From Yuukianura sp. NJ FZ-2021 (Eukaryota): 64,000 bases of DNA. Shown in pieces: positions 1-12,241 of this stretch; position 1 is the stretch's first letter; every line of letters starts with the position of its first letter. The notes beneath the pieces are model-generated. The model searched no databases. It was not told the origin of the DNA and was given only the letters and a program-made list of their open reading frames with translations. The stretch is taken from assembly GCA_046563655.1 (NCBI GenBank), contig CM102284.1, positions 2,356,001 through 2,420,000 of the forward strand, read 5' to 3'. The position numbers and the translations under genes are program-made.

Positions 1-296
1 TAGCTTTGAGGTAGCAGAAATTATAATTAAATGCAGGAACCAGAAATACAAATGATTTTTAGCTTAAATGTGGACTTCAGTGGGTACTTACCGTATGATT
101 TGACGAATTCCGCTGGATACTTAGGCCAGTCATCATCCGCTACACTATCTGGAGAACGAATGAGAAGATGTGCGTTTTTTCTACCTTCAGGCCAACTGGC
201 AAGAATTCCCTCTTCAGTATCCCAAATCCAAGTTGAAGGAATCACAGAGTATCGGTTTTCTTCAGGAAAGAAGACGATTGAAAATCGCTTACGAGA
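1..296 (-). CDS. First exon (~91-296) of a gene running off the window start; resembles the N-terminus of transposon-associated DUF4806-type proteins
   Basis: ORF MSRKRFSIVFFPEENRYSVIPSTWIW...ASWP...DDDWPKYPAEFVKSYG ends at a gtaagt donor near 90. The 'F.IV.F....VIP..W...WP' pattern is recalled from TE-associated proteins. Confidence 0.4.
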
Positions 297-689
297 CATT
301 TTGGCTCGGTTCAACACAAACTTTCACACTAACGGACAATTCTAGAAGAGTCGGTGTGATTGCGCGATGGAGAAGTTTGGTAGTACAGATTTTGTAATGA
401 AACGGCGATTAAAATTACATTATATATCCCGCGCCAAAGATAAAGCGTGTTATCCAGGTTGAAATATGAATAGCACAAAAGTACATGCAGTTACTCCACA
501 GAAAATCTCTTCACCAAATCTGTGAGTGCCAAAGATTCAAATATACATTAACAAATCAACGTGTCATTCACCGCATGTCAAACGTCGGTAATCTAACTGT
601 GGGTTTTCTGTGACTTTTTGTAAGTACGTTCGACAGCGTTGTTGAAATTGTATTGAAAATTCAACGTACATTCCAATATCATTAAGAAA

Positions 690-1640
690 TCATCACCTTT
701 GGCAACTTGGGGTAATCTTCCGCTATAGAGAGGCCGTTGTTGATTTTGTTTATGAATTTTGTGAGTTCGATACCTTTGATCTAATTAGTATTTTCTTTAC
801 AACTACACAGTAAGCGGCACGCTTGAAGAAGTCCAAAGAAATAAGCACTAAATTTGTTTTTCACTTCGGCATCTTTTAGCGTAAGTGGGCTGGTAACGAG
901 GATACGGTCGTCACAACAACTCAGCAAATCTTGCATAATGCCACGGGAGACTGTTCCATCGCCTGGCCAAAAGCAGATCATTTTGCACGCAAAAATAAGT
1001 GTAATACTTACTCCCTAATGATAAAATATATTAGCATACATGTTATATTACATATTATACATATACATATTATAAATATTATATTATATTGTATAAAGTA
1101 TTGGTATATAGCAAGAGCGTGATAAAAATTATAATCAGAAGTGTGCCTCTGTAGCTGCTCGACAATCGCAACCGTAGATTGCGTAATCCTCAAAGTTGGG
1201 CACCACAAGCAGTTCCCATGGTGACCGTCCTTTTGCAAATGGGCGTCTAAGTACCTTGTCTTCTAAAATTTCGAAAATCTGTTCTGCATTTATGCTCTCT
1301 TGTCCACCTACTTCCATTTCGTTGACATGATTGTTAATGTCATAAGCCTCGTCCCACTTCCAGAACGGATAGTTCCAGATGACCTCATAGAACTGCTGCA
1401 ATTCAGGGCGCAAGAGTTGCCCTCTGGCGTCTTCTTTCAAAATCACCTTCAACTGAAACTATTTTCGAATGTCCGTCAGGGGGAATGTGACCTTCGACTC
1501 TAAACAGAATGCACACATCTTAGGTCAGTGGCGGCTTCTTCCGTAATGTAAATGACACTAACTCGAAGAACAATTCTGCACACTCCACGAAAGAGCCGAA
1601 AAACAATTTTACTCACAACCCACCTTCAACTAACCAAAAC
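690..1640 (-). pseudogene. Degenerate WS/DGAT-like gene relic (remains of exon 1 and exon 2)
   Basis: Matches the neighbouring paralogs (LLRPELQQF, FWKWDEAYDINNHV, PWELLVVPNF; exon 2 start GDGTVSRGIMQDLL). It has in-frame stops and frameshifts, no readable HH motif and no 3' exons. Confidence 0.8.
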
Positions 1641-1658
1641 TGACCAGAAATGAACTAG

Positions 1659-1810
1659 AGAAGCCGCTCTAATATACAAACTAAAAACCTCATCTTATTT
1701 CTCCACTCCTTTTCATGGGGCCTCCGCCTCACACAAAACTGAAAGGAGGCCTCACCGGAGGAAGTGGAGACAAGGATGAGATTTTTAGTTTGTATATTAG
1801 AGCGGCTTCT
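1659..1810. repeat. ~150 bp imperfect palindrome (about 50 bp arms)
   Basis: agaagccgctctaatatacaaactaaaaacctcatc... mirrored by ...gatgagatttttagtttgtatattagagcggcttct. Confidence 0.85.
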
Positions 1811-2136
1811 GTATGCTCACACTCAGAACTGCCCAAAGCAGCAAGGATGTAAGGTGTCCAAGACTGTTGCCATTACAACCGTAGTTGCTGCCGAGAGTGT
1901 AATACTGAAAATCGACGTTAATTAAAATGTTAACGTGAATCTAAGGAGTAATGGAAACACAAACACGTTTTCACAAAGCAAGGCCTTCAAGTTTCAATTT
2001 CATATTCATGGTTGAAGGTCTTATATTTTTCAACAGTTTTTCCTTTTTAATTCTGCTCTTAAAATTTACTTACTTTGTTGTAATTACAGTGCAATTTCGA
2101 AGCTCGTTATCAAAATTAGTAGAAATTAAGCAAAAA

Positions 2137-4985
2137 TCAAACACTGTCGTCACCGCTCCATTTCACAAGTTCTTCTATGAAGTAGTCAGCAAACACTTTT
2201 GCATGCAATTCCTCACGTGATACAATGCTTTCGTCCAGTTGCAAAACGAACCGAACTCCGTCTTTACAACTTGCGGAAAAATATGCCATTCCGTCCCCTC
2301 TTCCATCTGTAAAAAATGTAATATCTATCTTGTGTTGAATAATATAAGGTCTATGAAACCTATAAAGCTATCTATGTATTAGCAAAAAATCTTATTGATG
2401 TATGTATATTTTAATGTTAACATGCTAACTTTGTTTTATGCGTTAGCTATGTACAGTGTTGTTCAGCGAAAAGTAGACACCCCAAAATCGTTTCCTTGGC
2501 ATTTCTTTTAAAATTTGCAATTTCTGTGGTGAGATTGAGATCAAAACACAAAATACGTTTAAACGAATTTATATTGCGGATATTATTTTTTTGAATTTGG
2601 TACTGATCACCCCACACAATTTTGAAAATAAACAAACTTTTGAGTTTGTTGGTGTCTACTTTTCGCTGAACAACACGGTAGTATAATTATAGCTATATAT
2701 AAATATAATAATATATTATTTAATAATATATTATATTAATAATTTTATATTGTAAAGAAATTTACCTGTATCCCCAAGCCCAAATCCAAACACAGTTCCA
2801 AGACGATTCTTGCCCTCTGTGAAAAAGACGTCCTTCTCTGCAAACTGAGACGGAGTGCCGTATAAATTGTAGTTTTATGGAAACATAAACGTGAAGTTTT
2901 AAGTAAACAGATTTGAAAATTAGTTTTTCAAACTTATGTAGTTATTGCCGGCCCTTTTGTATTGAATTTCACAAACAAAAGTAAGCATAGGCTGGAATAA
3001 GTATTTCCGTGGTTTTCTGTCTCATATGGTTACTCGCGCTCTTTTATCGCTCTGATAGTTACTCCTTTCACTTGGCATGAGTCATTCCACTGGAATGAGT
3101 AGAGTGATCCATACCATACCACCCTACCAAGTCGAGGGAGTAACTATATCAGAGCGAGAAAAGAGCTGATGTAATCATGGAGACAGAAAAGCGCGAAAAA
3201 ACTATAGAGGGAAACCCTCCAGTCTGCTTTCGTCTCACATGTTCAAAAATGGCGGCAAAACTTGGATTAGTACTGTGAGAGAAGCCGTATTTTTGTACCG
3301 GGCTGTTGGTGAAGACGCAATATCCCCCATCGTATCCTCTTACAGCTTTATTTCTGACTGAGTCCGGAAGACTGCCTAATATTTTTGTACCCACAAACGT
3401 AAATTGTGGATTCGTAGAATCAATGTCGGCTTGTAGAGACATTTCGCTTGCTTTGAATGCACCAGGAGCGTCTATATCAAGTGTTACCTCCGAGTGCACA
3501 ATTGTGCTGAAATGATCCGTTTTCATTAAGAATTAGTATGTTGTTTTACACATATTTGGGATATTTATGTTATCAATACTTTTTTTTTATACATATTACT
3601 TGTGGTTTCTCATTCCGCCTGGATGGTTAGGAACACCGCGAGTGCAGATACATATGAGTTGCTTTGGAGGTTCGTATCCAGCGGCACGAAGAAACCTAAC
3701 GTATGCCCTTGACAACACTGTGAGCAGCGTGGCAGTGTAGCTCACACCTTGTGACCTTCGAATTCTTTTGATGAGCTCCAATGGCACAACCGGAGTTACG
3801 CCAATGTTGAATTTATTTTTTAACCGTCCTCCGCCAACTCTGTAACCTTGGTTGGCCATTTTTTCTCTCTTCTCCATCAAAACGTAACTCCACGGTCCAA
3901 AGAAATAAGTCTTCAACATTCCGTAGAACCATGTCTGCTTAGATTGACTAGACTTTTGAGCCATTGGATTGATTCCAATCTCTGCTGCGTGGTAACCAAA
4001 CAAGTCGTGGCAAATTTCACGAAAACACGTTCCGTCGCCTAGTGATGCAATTCAAAAATTCAGTACTAAATAGCGGTTATATCTACTACATATCTAAACC
4101 GGGTTTATCAAATGCAACAACATTTAAACGTCGTTCAGCGTATGTTCCCATCGTACGTACACACGTACACTCATAAATGCTCCGAGCTTTAAAAAAAATC
4201 AGCATTTAGCATAAAGCGCGTATTATACGCGCTATATATGTATATCAAGTGTCATGTCAGATAGATGCATGTACGTATGTACGTACGTATACCTTTTTTT
4301 TTTCAGAAATACTTTTTCTAAACTAATTCCATAATATGTTTGAATAAAAATTCTTACCCAGGACGTGATGGACTTTGAACACCAAAATTGTTCCCAAGTA
4401 TCCTTCACCTCCAGTGCTGAATACTGGCGTGTCTCTGAAATTTTCTATCACTATAAGTTCCCATGGTGATTGCTCTTTGCTCCAAGGCTTCCTCAGTACC
4501 TTGTCTTCCACAATTTCCGCAATTTCATTTACCGTCTTTTCCTTCTGATTCCAAACTGGGTCCACGTCCAGGACATTCACATGATTTCTAATATCAAAAG
4601 GTTCTTCCCAATGCCAAAACGAAAAACCACAAATTGGCTTCAGAAATTGTTGCAATTCGGGCCTCATCAGTCTCCCTCTTGCATTTTTTTTCAACAGAAC
4701 TCTAGAGTAGAACGCCTCCCGGACTTCTTCCAATTCAAGTTTTCCTTCTACTCCAAAAATGATGGCCATGCGTATTTCATTTTCGGGTATTGCCATTTGA
4801 AAAATAGCACTTCCACGTTCCACAATCCCGCCAACTTTTGAATTGAACAATGGGACACAAACAGACAGGAGAAAACGAAAAAAGTTCACAATTAGCAGAA
4901 ACGGAACCACTGTGAAGCTAAACAACACCCATATAATTATAGATGCCGCCCACGCAGACGCCGTTGTCCTGACGACGGAAAACAT
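2137..4985 (-). CDS. WS/DGAT-like O-acyltransferase copy A, 5 exons (4358-4985, 3600-4038, 3299-3506, 2766-2844, 2137-2306), ~507 aa
   Basis: GT-AG splicing gives a continuous frame. The catalytic HHxxxDG motif (HHVLG|DG) spans intron 1. PWEL motif, N-terminal hydrophobic segment and C-terminal TNSP|FAEKDV region are present. Confidence 0.85.
2454..2678. mobile_element. Tc1/mariner-type MITE (225 bp) in intron 4 of copy A
   Basis: ~28 bp TIRs cagtgttgttcagcgaaaagtagacacc / ggtgtctacttttcgctgaacaacacgg with TA on both sides; absent from the same intron in copies B and D. Confidence 0.85.
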
Positions 4986-5931
4986 AGCGTACGACAGCCA
5001 ACACCTTTCAGTTGATCACCAACATTAAGTAATCGACTAATGTTTGTGTTTTCAATGAAGATATTTTCATTGAAACCAAATGTTATTGACAGACGACTTT
5101 TTAGAAGCCAGTTCCTGCTTACCTTGATTTTGTGACATGAAGAACTCAATGTGAAGATGTAAAGACACCAAAGCATTATCGTTTAATTAAGCTAAATACT
5201 TTTGAAGTTGATCGAGAATCAATCAGTCGATTTCCTTGGTATTCAGTAGTATAATTTAAGCTAGCACAATACAGTAAGTGGGGTTGAATTTTAATTTCTG
5301 AGATTCATTAATAATCTTATTCCTGTCTGCCTGTCCATCTCTGTATGGTCTTGGTCACGCAATTGTCTCGACAACTGTTAGACTTATTTCATACTTACTA
5401 ATAAATTAAACAGCAGTTTAGTCAGAAAATTTCTTGATACAAATGAATATGCTCCCATAAATTTGCAAATTATTAACATCCATTCCAACACATAGGCGCC
5501 CAAACTTCGTTGATACGACATCTCCACTGGGCTTATCTTCGGCAAACTCGCGAAGGTTCTATGGGAGAGATAGGGAATTGCACCTTCACCCAGAGCAACA
5601 GCTCTGGGCATCACACTTCTCCCTATCTCATACATGGGGGCACATTTTAGTTAAAGTTAGGTTAGGTTAAGTTAGGTTATCGAGCGGTCAAAACTAATTA
5701 CAAATTCGTAATCAGCATAAAAAACTGAGTTTATTGAGATTTTTATCTCTATTAAACGAACTTCGCGAGTTTCCCGAAGGAGTTCCCTCCACTGTCTTAA
5801 ACATTTCAGCTCCCTTTGTTTTAACAGTTTTTTTGTGTATAATTTTGCTCTTAAAATTTACTGTGTACTTTGTTTTGATTACAGTGCAATTTTGAAGCTC
5901 ATTATCAAAATTCCTAGAACTTAAGTAAAAA

Positions 5932-8570
5932 TCAAGCACTGTCATCACCGCTCCATTTCACAAGTTCTTCCATGAAGTACTGAACAAACTTTTCTGCATG
6001 CAGTTCCTCACGTGATACGATGCTTTCGTCTAGTTGCAAAACGAGCCGAACTCCGTCTTTACAACTTGCGGAAAAATATATCATTCCGTGTCCGCTTCCG
6101 TCTGTGAAAAAATGTAGCATATGATAACTTTGTGTTTATATAAATGTAATATGTAAAGAAATTTACCTGTATCCGCAAGACCAAATCCAAACACCGTTCT
6201 AAGACGATTCTTGCCCTCTCCAAAATAGACGTCCTTCTCTGCAAACTGAAAAGGAGTATAAATTATAGTTTCATGTAAATTGTAGTTTCCATACATATAA
6301 ATTGTAGTTTTATGGAAACACAAACGTGAGGATTTAGGTAAACTTAGATTTAAGTTTTAGTTTTTTCAAACTTATGTAACTTATTATTGTCGGCATTTTT
6401 GTGTTGAATTTCACAAAGTAAGCAAGAGGTGAAGGAATGAGTTTTTCCGCGGTTTTCTGTCTGATATTGGTACTCCCGTACTTTTATTGCTCTGATAACT
6501 ACTCCCTACACTTGGCATGCGTCATTCCACTGAAAGCGTGATATCATACCAAGTGGGGGGAGTAACTATCAGAGCGAGAAAAGAGCGGGAGTAATAATGG
6601 GAGACAGAAAATCACGAGCAAAGCCTAAACCCCTCTGTTTTCGTTTCATATGTTCGAATTCAAAAACGGCGGCAAAACTTGCATTAGTACTTTGAAACAA
6701 GCCGTATTTTGTGTACCGGGCTGTTGGTGAAGACGCAATATCCCCCATCGAATCCTCTTATAGCTTTGTTTCTCCAGGAGTCCGGGAGACTGCCTAATAT
6801 TTTCGTACACACAAAGGTAAATTGTGGATTGGTAGAATCAATGTCGGCTTGCAGCGACATTTCGTTTGCTTTGAACGCACCAGGAGCGTCCATATCAAGT
6901 GTTACCTCCGAGTGCACAACTGTGCTAAAATGATTCTTTTCATTAAGAATTAGTATGTTGTTTTACACATATTTTGCATAATATGTTATAAATACTTTTT
7001 ACTACATATTACATGTTGTTTCCCATTCCGCCTGGATGGTTAGGAACACCCCGAGTGCAGACGCATATGAGTTGCTTTGTAGGTTCGTGTCCAGCGGCAC
7101 GAAGAAACCTAACGTATGCCCTTGACAACACTGTGAGCAGCGTGGCAGTGTAGCTCACACCTTGTGACTTCCGAATTCTTTTGATGAGCTCCAATGGCAC
7201 AACCGGAGTTACGCCAATGTTGAATTTATTTTTTAACCGTCCTCCGCCAACTCTGTAGCCTTTGTTGGCCAGTTTTTCTCTCTTCTCCATCAAAAGGGAA
7301 CTCCAAGGTCCGAAGAAATAAGTCTTCAACATTCCGTACAACCCATATTTCTGGTTAGATTGGCTGGACTTTTGAGTCACTGGATTGATTCCTATCTCTG
7401 TTGCGTGGTAACCAAACAAGTCGTGGCAAATTTCACGAAAGCACGTTCCGTCGCCTAGTGATGCAAATCAAAAACCCAGTACTAAATAACTGTTATATAT
7501 ACCGCAAATGTAAACATTGTTTATCTAGTGCACACTACAATTAAACGTCGTTGTACTATGTTCCTAATCATACGTATATGAATGTGTGGCTCCAATCTGC
7601 TCTTAGAACGGCAGCTTATCTCTTTTACCTGTGATCGGCAAAAATCTCACCTGTCTTACACCGGCGCTCACCTGTCCCCCGCTCCACTCATTCGCTCAAG
7701 GATTGAAATCCACTATGCGAAATAATATGCAGTACTAAAGTTAAAAATAGAACCTAACAAACTAAACATCATACTTTCCCTGGTAAAATTGTACTCTCAT
7801 TGGGTAACTCCGATGTTTTTTTTTCATCATGTCAGATCGATGCATATATGTATGTAAGTATACATACACACTTTTTTAAAATCTTTTTCAAGAATCGTTT
7901 TTCTAAACCAATACCATAATATGTTTGAACAAAGATTGTTACCCAGGACGTGATGGACTTTGAACACCAAAATTGTTCCCAAGTATCCTTCACCTCCAGT
8001 GCTGAATACTGGCGTGTCTCTGAAATTTTCTATCACTATAAGTTCCCATGGTGATTGCTCTTTGCTCCAAGGCTTCCTCAGTACCTTCTCTTCCACAATT
8101 TCCGCAATTTCGTTCACAGTCTTTTCCTTCTGATTCCAAACTGGGTCCACGTCCAGGACATTCACATGATTTCTAATATCAAAAGGTTCTTCCCAATGCC
8201 AAAACGAAAAACCGCAAATTGGCTTAAGAAATTGTTGCAATTCGGGTCTCATCAGTCTCCCTCTTGCATTTCTTTTCAACACAACTCTGGAGTAGAACGC
8301 CTCCCGTACTTCTTCCAATTCAAGTTTTCCTTCTACTCCAAAAATGATGGCCATACGTATTTCATTTTCGGGCATTGTCATTCGAAAAATAGCACTTCCA
8401 CGTTCCACAATCCCGCCAACTTTTGAATTGAACAACGTGACACATACAGACAGGAGAAAACGAAAGAAGTTCACAATTAGCAGAAACGGAACCACAGTGA
8501 AGCTAAACAACACCCATATAATTATAGATGCCGCCCACGCAGACGCCGTTGTCCTGACGATGGACAACAT
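5932..8570 (-). CDS. WS/DGAT-like O-acyltransferase copy B, 5 exons (7943-8570, 7013-7454, 6717-6924, 6167-6245, 5932-6101), ~508 aa
   Basis: Near-identical to copy A, same intron positions and phases, HHVLG|DG motif, open frame after splicing. Confidence 0.85.
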
Positions 8571-9167
8571 AGTGTACACCAACCAACACCTTTCAGTTGA
8601 ACACCAACATTAAGTAATCTACTAATGTTTGTGTTTTCAATCAAGATAATTTCATTGAAACCAAATGTTATTGACAGGCGACTTTTTAGAAACCAGTTCA
8701 TGCTTGCCTTGATTTTGTGACATGAAATACTAAAAGTGAAGGTGTAAAGTCACAGAAACATTATCGTTAATTAAGCTAAACTTTTGAAGTTGTTCGAGAA
8801 TCAATCAGTCGATTTCATTGATATTCACTAGTATAATTAAAGTAGCACAATATAATAGTTGGTTTGAATTTTAATTTTTGAGATTCATTAATAATCTTGT
8901 TCATGTCTTTTTGTCCATCTCAATGATCAGGCAATATTGCGTGAACAATATATTGTTTCGAAAACTGTTGTACTTTATTTCACAATTACTAATAAATTAA
9001 ACAACAGTTTAGTCACACTAAAGTGCGGAGTCTGCATGGGACACATTGACCTCTGACCTGATCTGAAACAAATTAATTTTTTGTATAAAACTGGATTTAC
9101 GTGCAACTTTAACACAAAACTAAACTTTCAGAGATGTTCATATGTGTTGATTGTCACAAAGTTATAC

Positions 9168-11111
9168 TCAAACTAATGTTTCACTACCGCTCCAGAACTC
9201 TAGTTCTTCTAAAAAAAATTTAGTAAAAATTTCTGGATCAAGAAACTCTTCTGGAACAGTTTGATTTCCAATTTGAAAGACGAGACGAATGGCGTCGTTG
9301 CTACTGGAGCATAGGCAGATAATTCCATGTCCATCTTCAAAAAAATTAAATTGTTTAAATTCAAAACAATTTTTCTTACACAAAGAATTTTCGTGAAATT
9401 ATTTGGAATTTTTTTAGATGGTAGTTTAACATTAGATTTACCTGGTCGAGTTAAAGCCGCCCCAAATATAGTTCTTAGACGATTCACGCCTCTGAATTTT
9501 AAGTCATTTTTTGTCACCTAATAACAAGTGAAGCCATGAAATAAGAAACCGCCCTTCTAATTCGTTTTGAAGAAATTTTTTTGATTGTTTAATTCTTTCC
9601 TTACAGCAACATTTGTAAAGCCCATGAGAGCTCGATCTGGCACGATTTTTGGAAACGTTCCGCCTTTTTCGCGTAGTGAAGTCCAAAGTAGTCCACTCAA
9701 ATTGATTGCGCATGACACAAATCCTGGGTTGGTCGACTCTAGGTCATGCAAAATTGAAGAATGTACAGCTTTAAACATCTTGGCGCTGTTTTCGGAACCG
9801 TCAAACAGTGGAACTTGCGATTGTACCATTGTCCTAAATATTGTCAAAAAATTGCGTTGTCGTTTACACACTGCTGAACTTTAGAAAATGCAAAAGTAGC
9901 ATTATGCGTGCTCTCACATGTCGTTTCTCATGGCTACCAGGATTTTTCTACGTCGACCTCGTACGGAAAAGCAAGGCAGAAACTGAGGGGGCTGTGAACC
10001 TGCGTTTCGCAGAAGCTTGACATAACTCTTGGCTATAAGTGTGACCAAAACTGCCGTAAAACTGACTCCCTGTGACCTCTTGATACTTTTAATGAGGTCT
10101 ACTGGAATAGTTGGAGTGACGCTCATGTTGAACCGATTTTTGTTTTTAGGTGATTTGACTGGCGACACTTCGTTTCCAATTGACTGAATTTTTGTTGCTA
10201 GAATTATATTTCGAATTCCAAAAAAGTAAACGCGAAGAGCTTCTATAAACCCCGTAGTTTCTCCGATGCCGATATTGATGTTTGGAGAATTGCCTTTAAC
10301 CTCAGAACCTTGATTCTCTTTGGGGTTGCCAAACATCCCGTCGCATAGGCCACCAATCGTAAACCCGTCACCTAAAACAAAGAAAACGATTGCGAAATTG
10401 CTAAGATTTGAACCAACGTCTCTGCCCTGGCTAGTTGGCGCGGTATCCACCTGGCTAAAAAACGAACTCTTTCTTTTTAAGCATATTTTTGTCACCCATG
10501 ACGTGGCTCATGTGCAGAATGACTAATGTGCCACGGTATGCTGTTTCTGGGCCAAGGCCAAATACTGGATGATCTGCAAAATTGTGAATCAGCAACAGTT
10601 CCCAAGGTGATTGACCTTTGACCCAGGAGCGCCGAAGTACTTTTTCTTCCACCATGTCCAAAACTTCTTGCCCTGTTCGCTTTGTTTCGAACCAAGTTGG
10701 ATCCAGATCTGCTTCGTGTATGTGCTCCTTCACATCAAAGTTTTCCTCCCACTGCCAAAACGGGTATCCGCCAATTTGAACTGGAAATTGTCGCAACTCT
10801 GGACGCAGAAGTCGTTTATTTGCGTCAGTTGCTTCAACTACTTGCGTCAAAAATGTGGTTCTTAAATCCTCCAGCTCAATGCGTCCTTCTAAGCCAAACA
10901 TTACACCAAGACGGACTTGTTTTCTGACATCACTTTGCAAATATATTACGCTTCTTTTCGAAACTATTTTGTGAATTTTGGTATTGAACAGTGGAACAAC
11001 TTTAGACAAAATGTAACGGTAGAGAAAAAGAGCGGTAAAAAACGGAACCAAGGTAACAGAACAAAGAATCCAGATTATGGTGGAAACCAGCCAGTCCGAA
11101 ACAGTTGCCAT
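9168..11111 (-). CDS. Divergent WS/DGAT-like paralog copy C, 5 exons (10496-11111, 9918-10371, 9605-9833, 9442-9517, 9168-9334), ~513 aa
   Basis: Same exon structure as A/B with an open spliced frame. Motifs LLRPELRQF, PWELLLIHNF and IKRSQGVSFTAVL. The catalytic motif reads SHVMG|DG. Confidence 0.85.
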
Positions 11112-11904
11112 GACGGCAAAGGGCTTTCCAAAAGGGTTTTACTACTTAGCCAAGTGACAATATGCTTCACTGTTGTGAACAAACGCAAAACACTACGATA
11201 ATTGTAGTGAATTTATAGCAAATAAAACTCGCCAAAGTCATTTTTAACTGATTTCGGCCTGTATTTGCCATATTGTTGACGACCTCAAAAAATTAAGTCA
11301 AGGTATTTTACTGAAATGGAATAAGTCGAAAAACTACTTACTTAATTAGTTTGGTTAATTAGTTAGATTGGAAACAGGTTTGACAGAAAAGTATTATATT
11401 TCGGGGTTCCGGGCACAATTTTGCTTAAGAGGAAACGATGCAAGAACATCAATGATAGTGGCGGTAAAATTAAAATAACGTAAACACCTTCACCTAGATA
11501 GGTCACACAAGCAAATTCCGGTTTGGAACATCATCCACACATGCAGCTCCTTTCAGGTTTTTCAAAATTTATATTTATATAATTCTTATTAATTAATACG
11601 GATTATTATATTATAACTAATAAAAGTAAAAAGAGAAAGCAAAAATTACTGGCGTAAACCATGACATGAATTGAAATTTTTAATACTTTTTGATTGGGGT
11701 TCCACTCGTTTTATTTGTCAATAAATTTACTGTTTACATTTTGATATTTTATGTCTCCAAAAAATGTCAAGAGTTTCAAAATTTTGATGTTTTGCTTACA
11801 GATACTGGTCAATATTTATGAAATACTTTCATACACTTTCAGTGAAAAACAGTCATTTAAAAAGAATTAATTGGTAGGTACATTTTTCATTGTAATTTTG
11901 CATT

Positions 11905-12180
11905 ACATTATTTATGTCACTCTTATTCATAATTTTCATTTTCTCAATCATCGTCATGCATACTTGTAGGAGCAATTCCTTCTGTTCAGATTCATACGGG
12001 AGATAGCACGGAAGCTGAATACGTTTTGCTTCCAAGCTTTTGTGATAAAATTTCTCAACCACTGAAGTCCAGGACAGGTCTAGTTTCGAATCACTTTGAA
12101 GAGAAATTCATGAAGTTAAGACGTACTTATTTGCGATTGCGTGGAACGATTCCGGAATTTTGCGATGATCTGGCGGGGCG
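11905..12180 (-). pseudogene. Internal fragment of the HEPN-TPR-Sel1-MYND gene
   Basis: Encodes APPDHRKIPESF...IQLPCYLPYESEQKELLLQVCMTMIEKMKIMN, matching ~19855-20132, and is joined directly to the 3' flank of WS/DGAT copy D. Confidence 0.9.
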
Positions 12181-12241
12181 TGTTTTAATTACAGTGCAAT
12201 TTTGAAGCTCATTATCAGATTTACCAGAAATTAAGTGGAAA

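Noticed and set aside
5648-5680. Interstitial telomere (TTAGG)n
   Set aside because: Only about four imperfect units; such runs are common in arthropod TEs.
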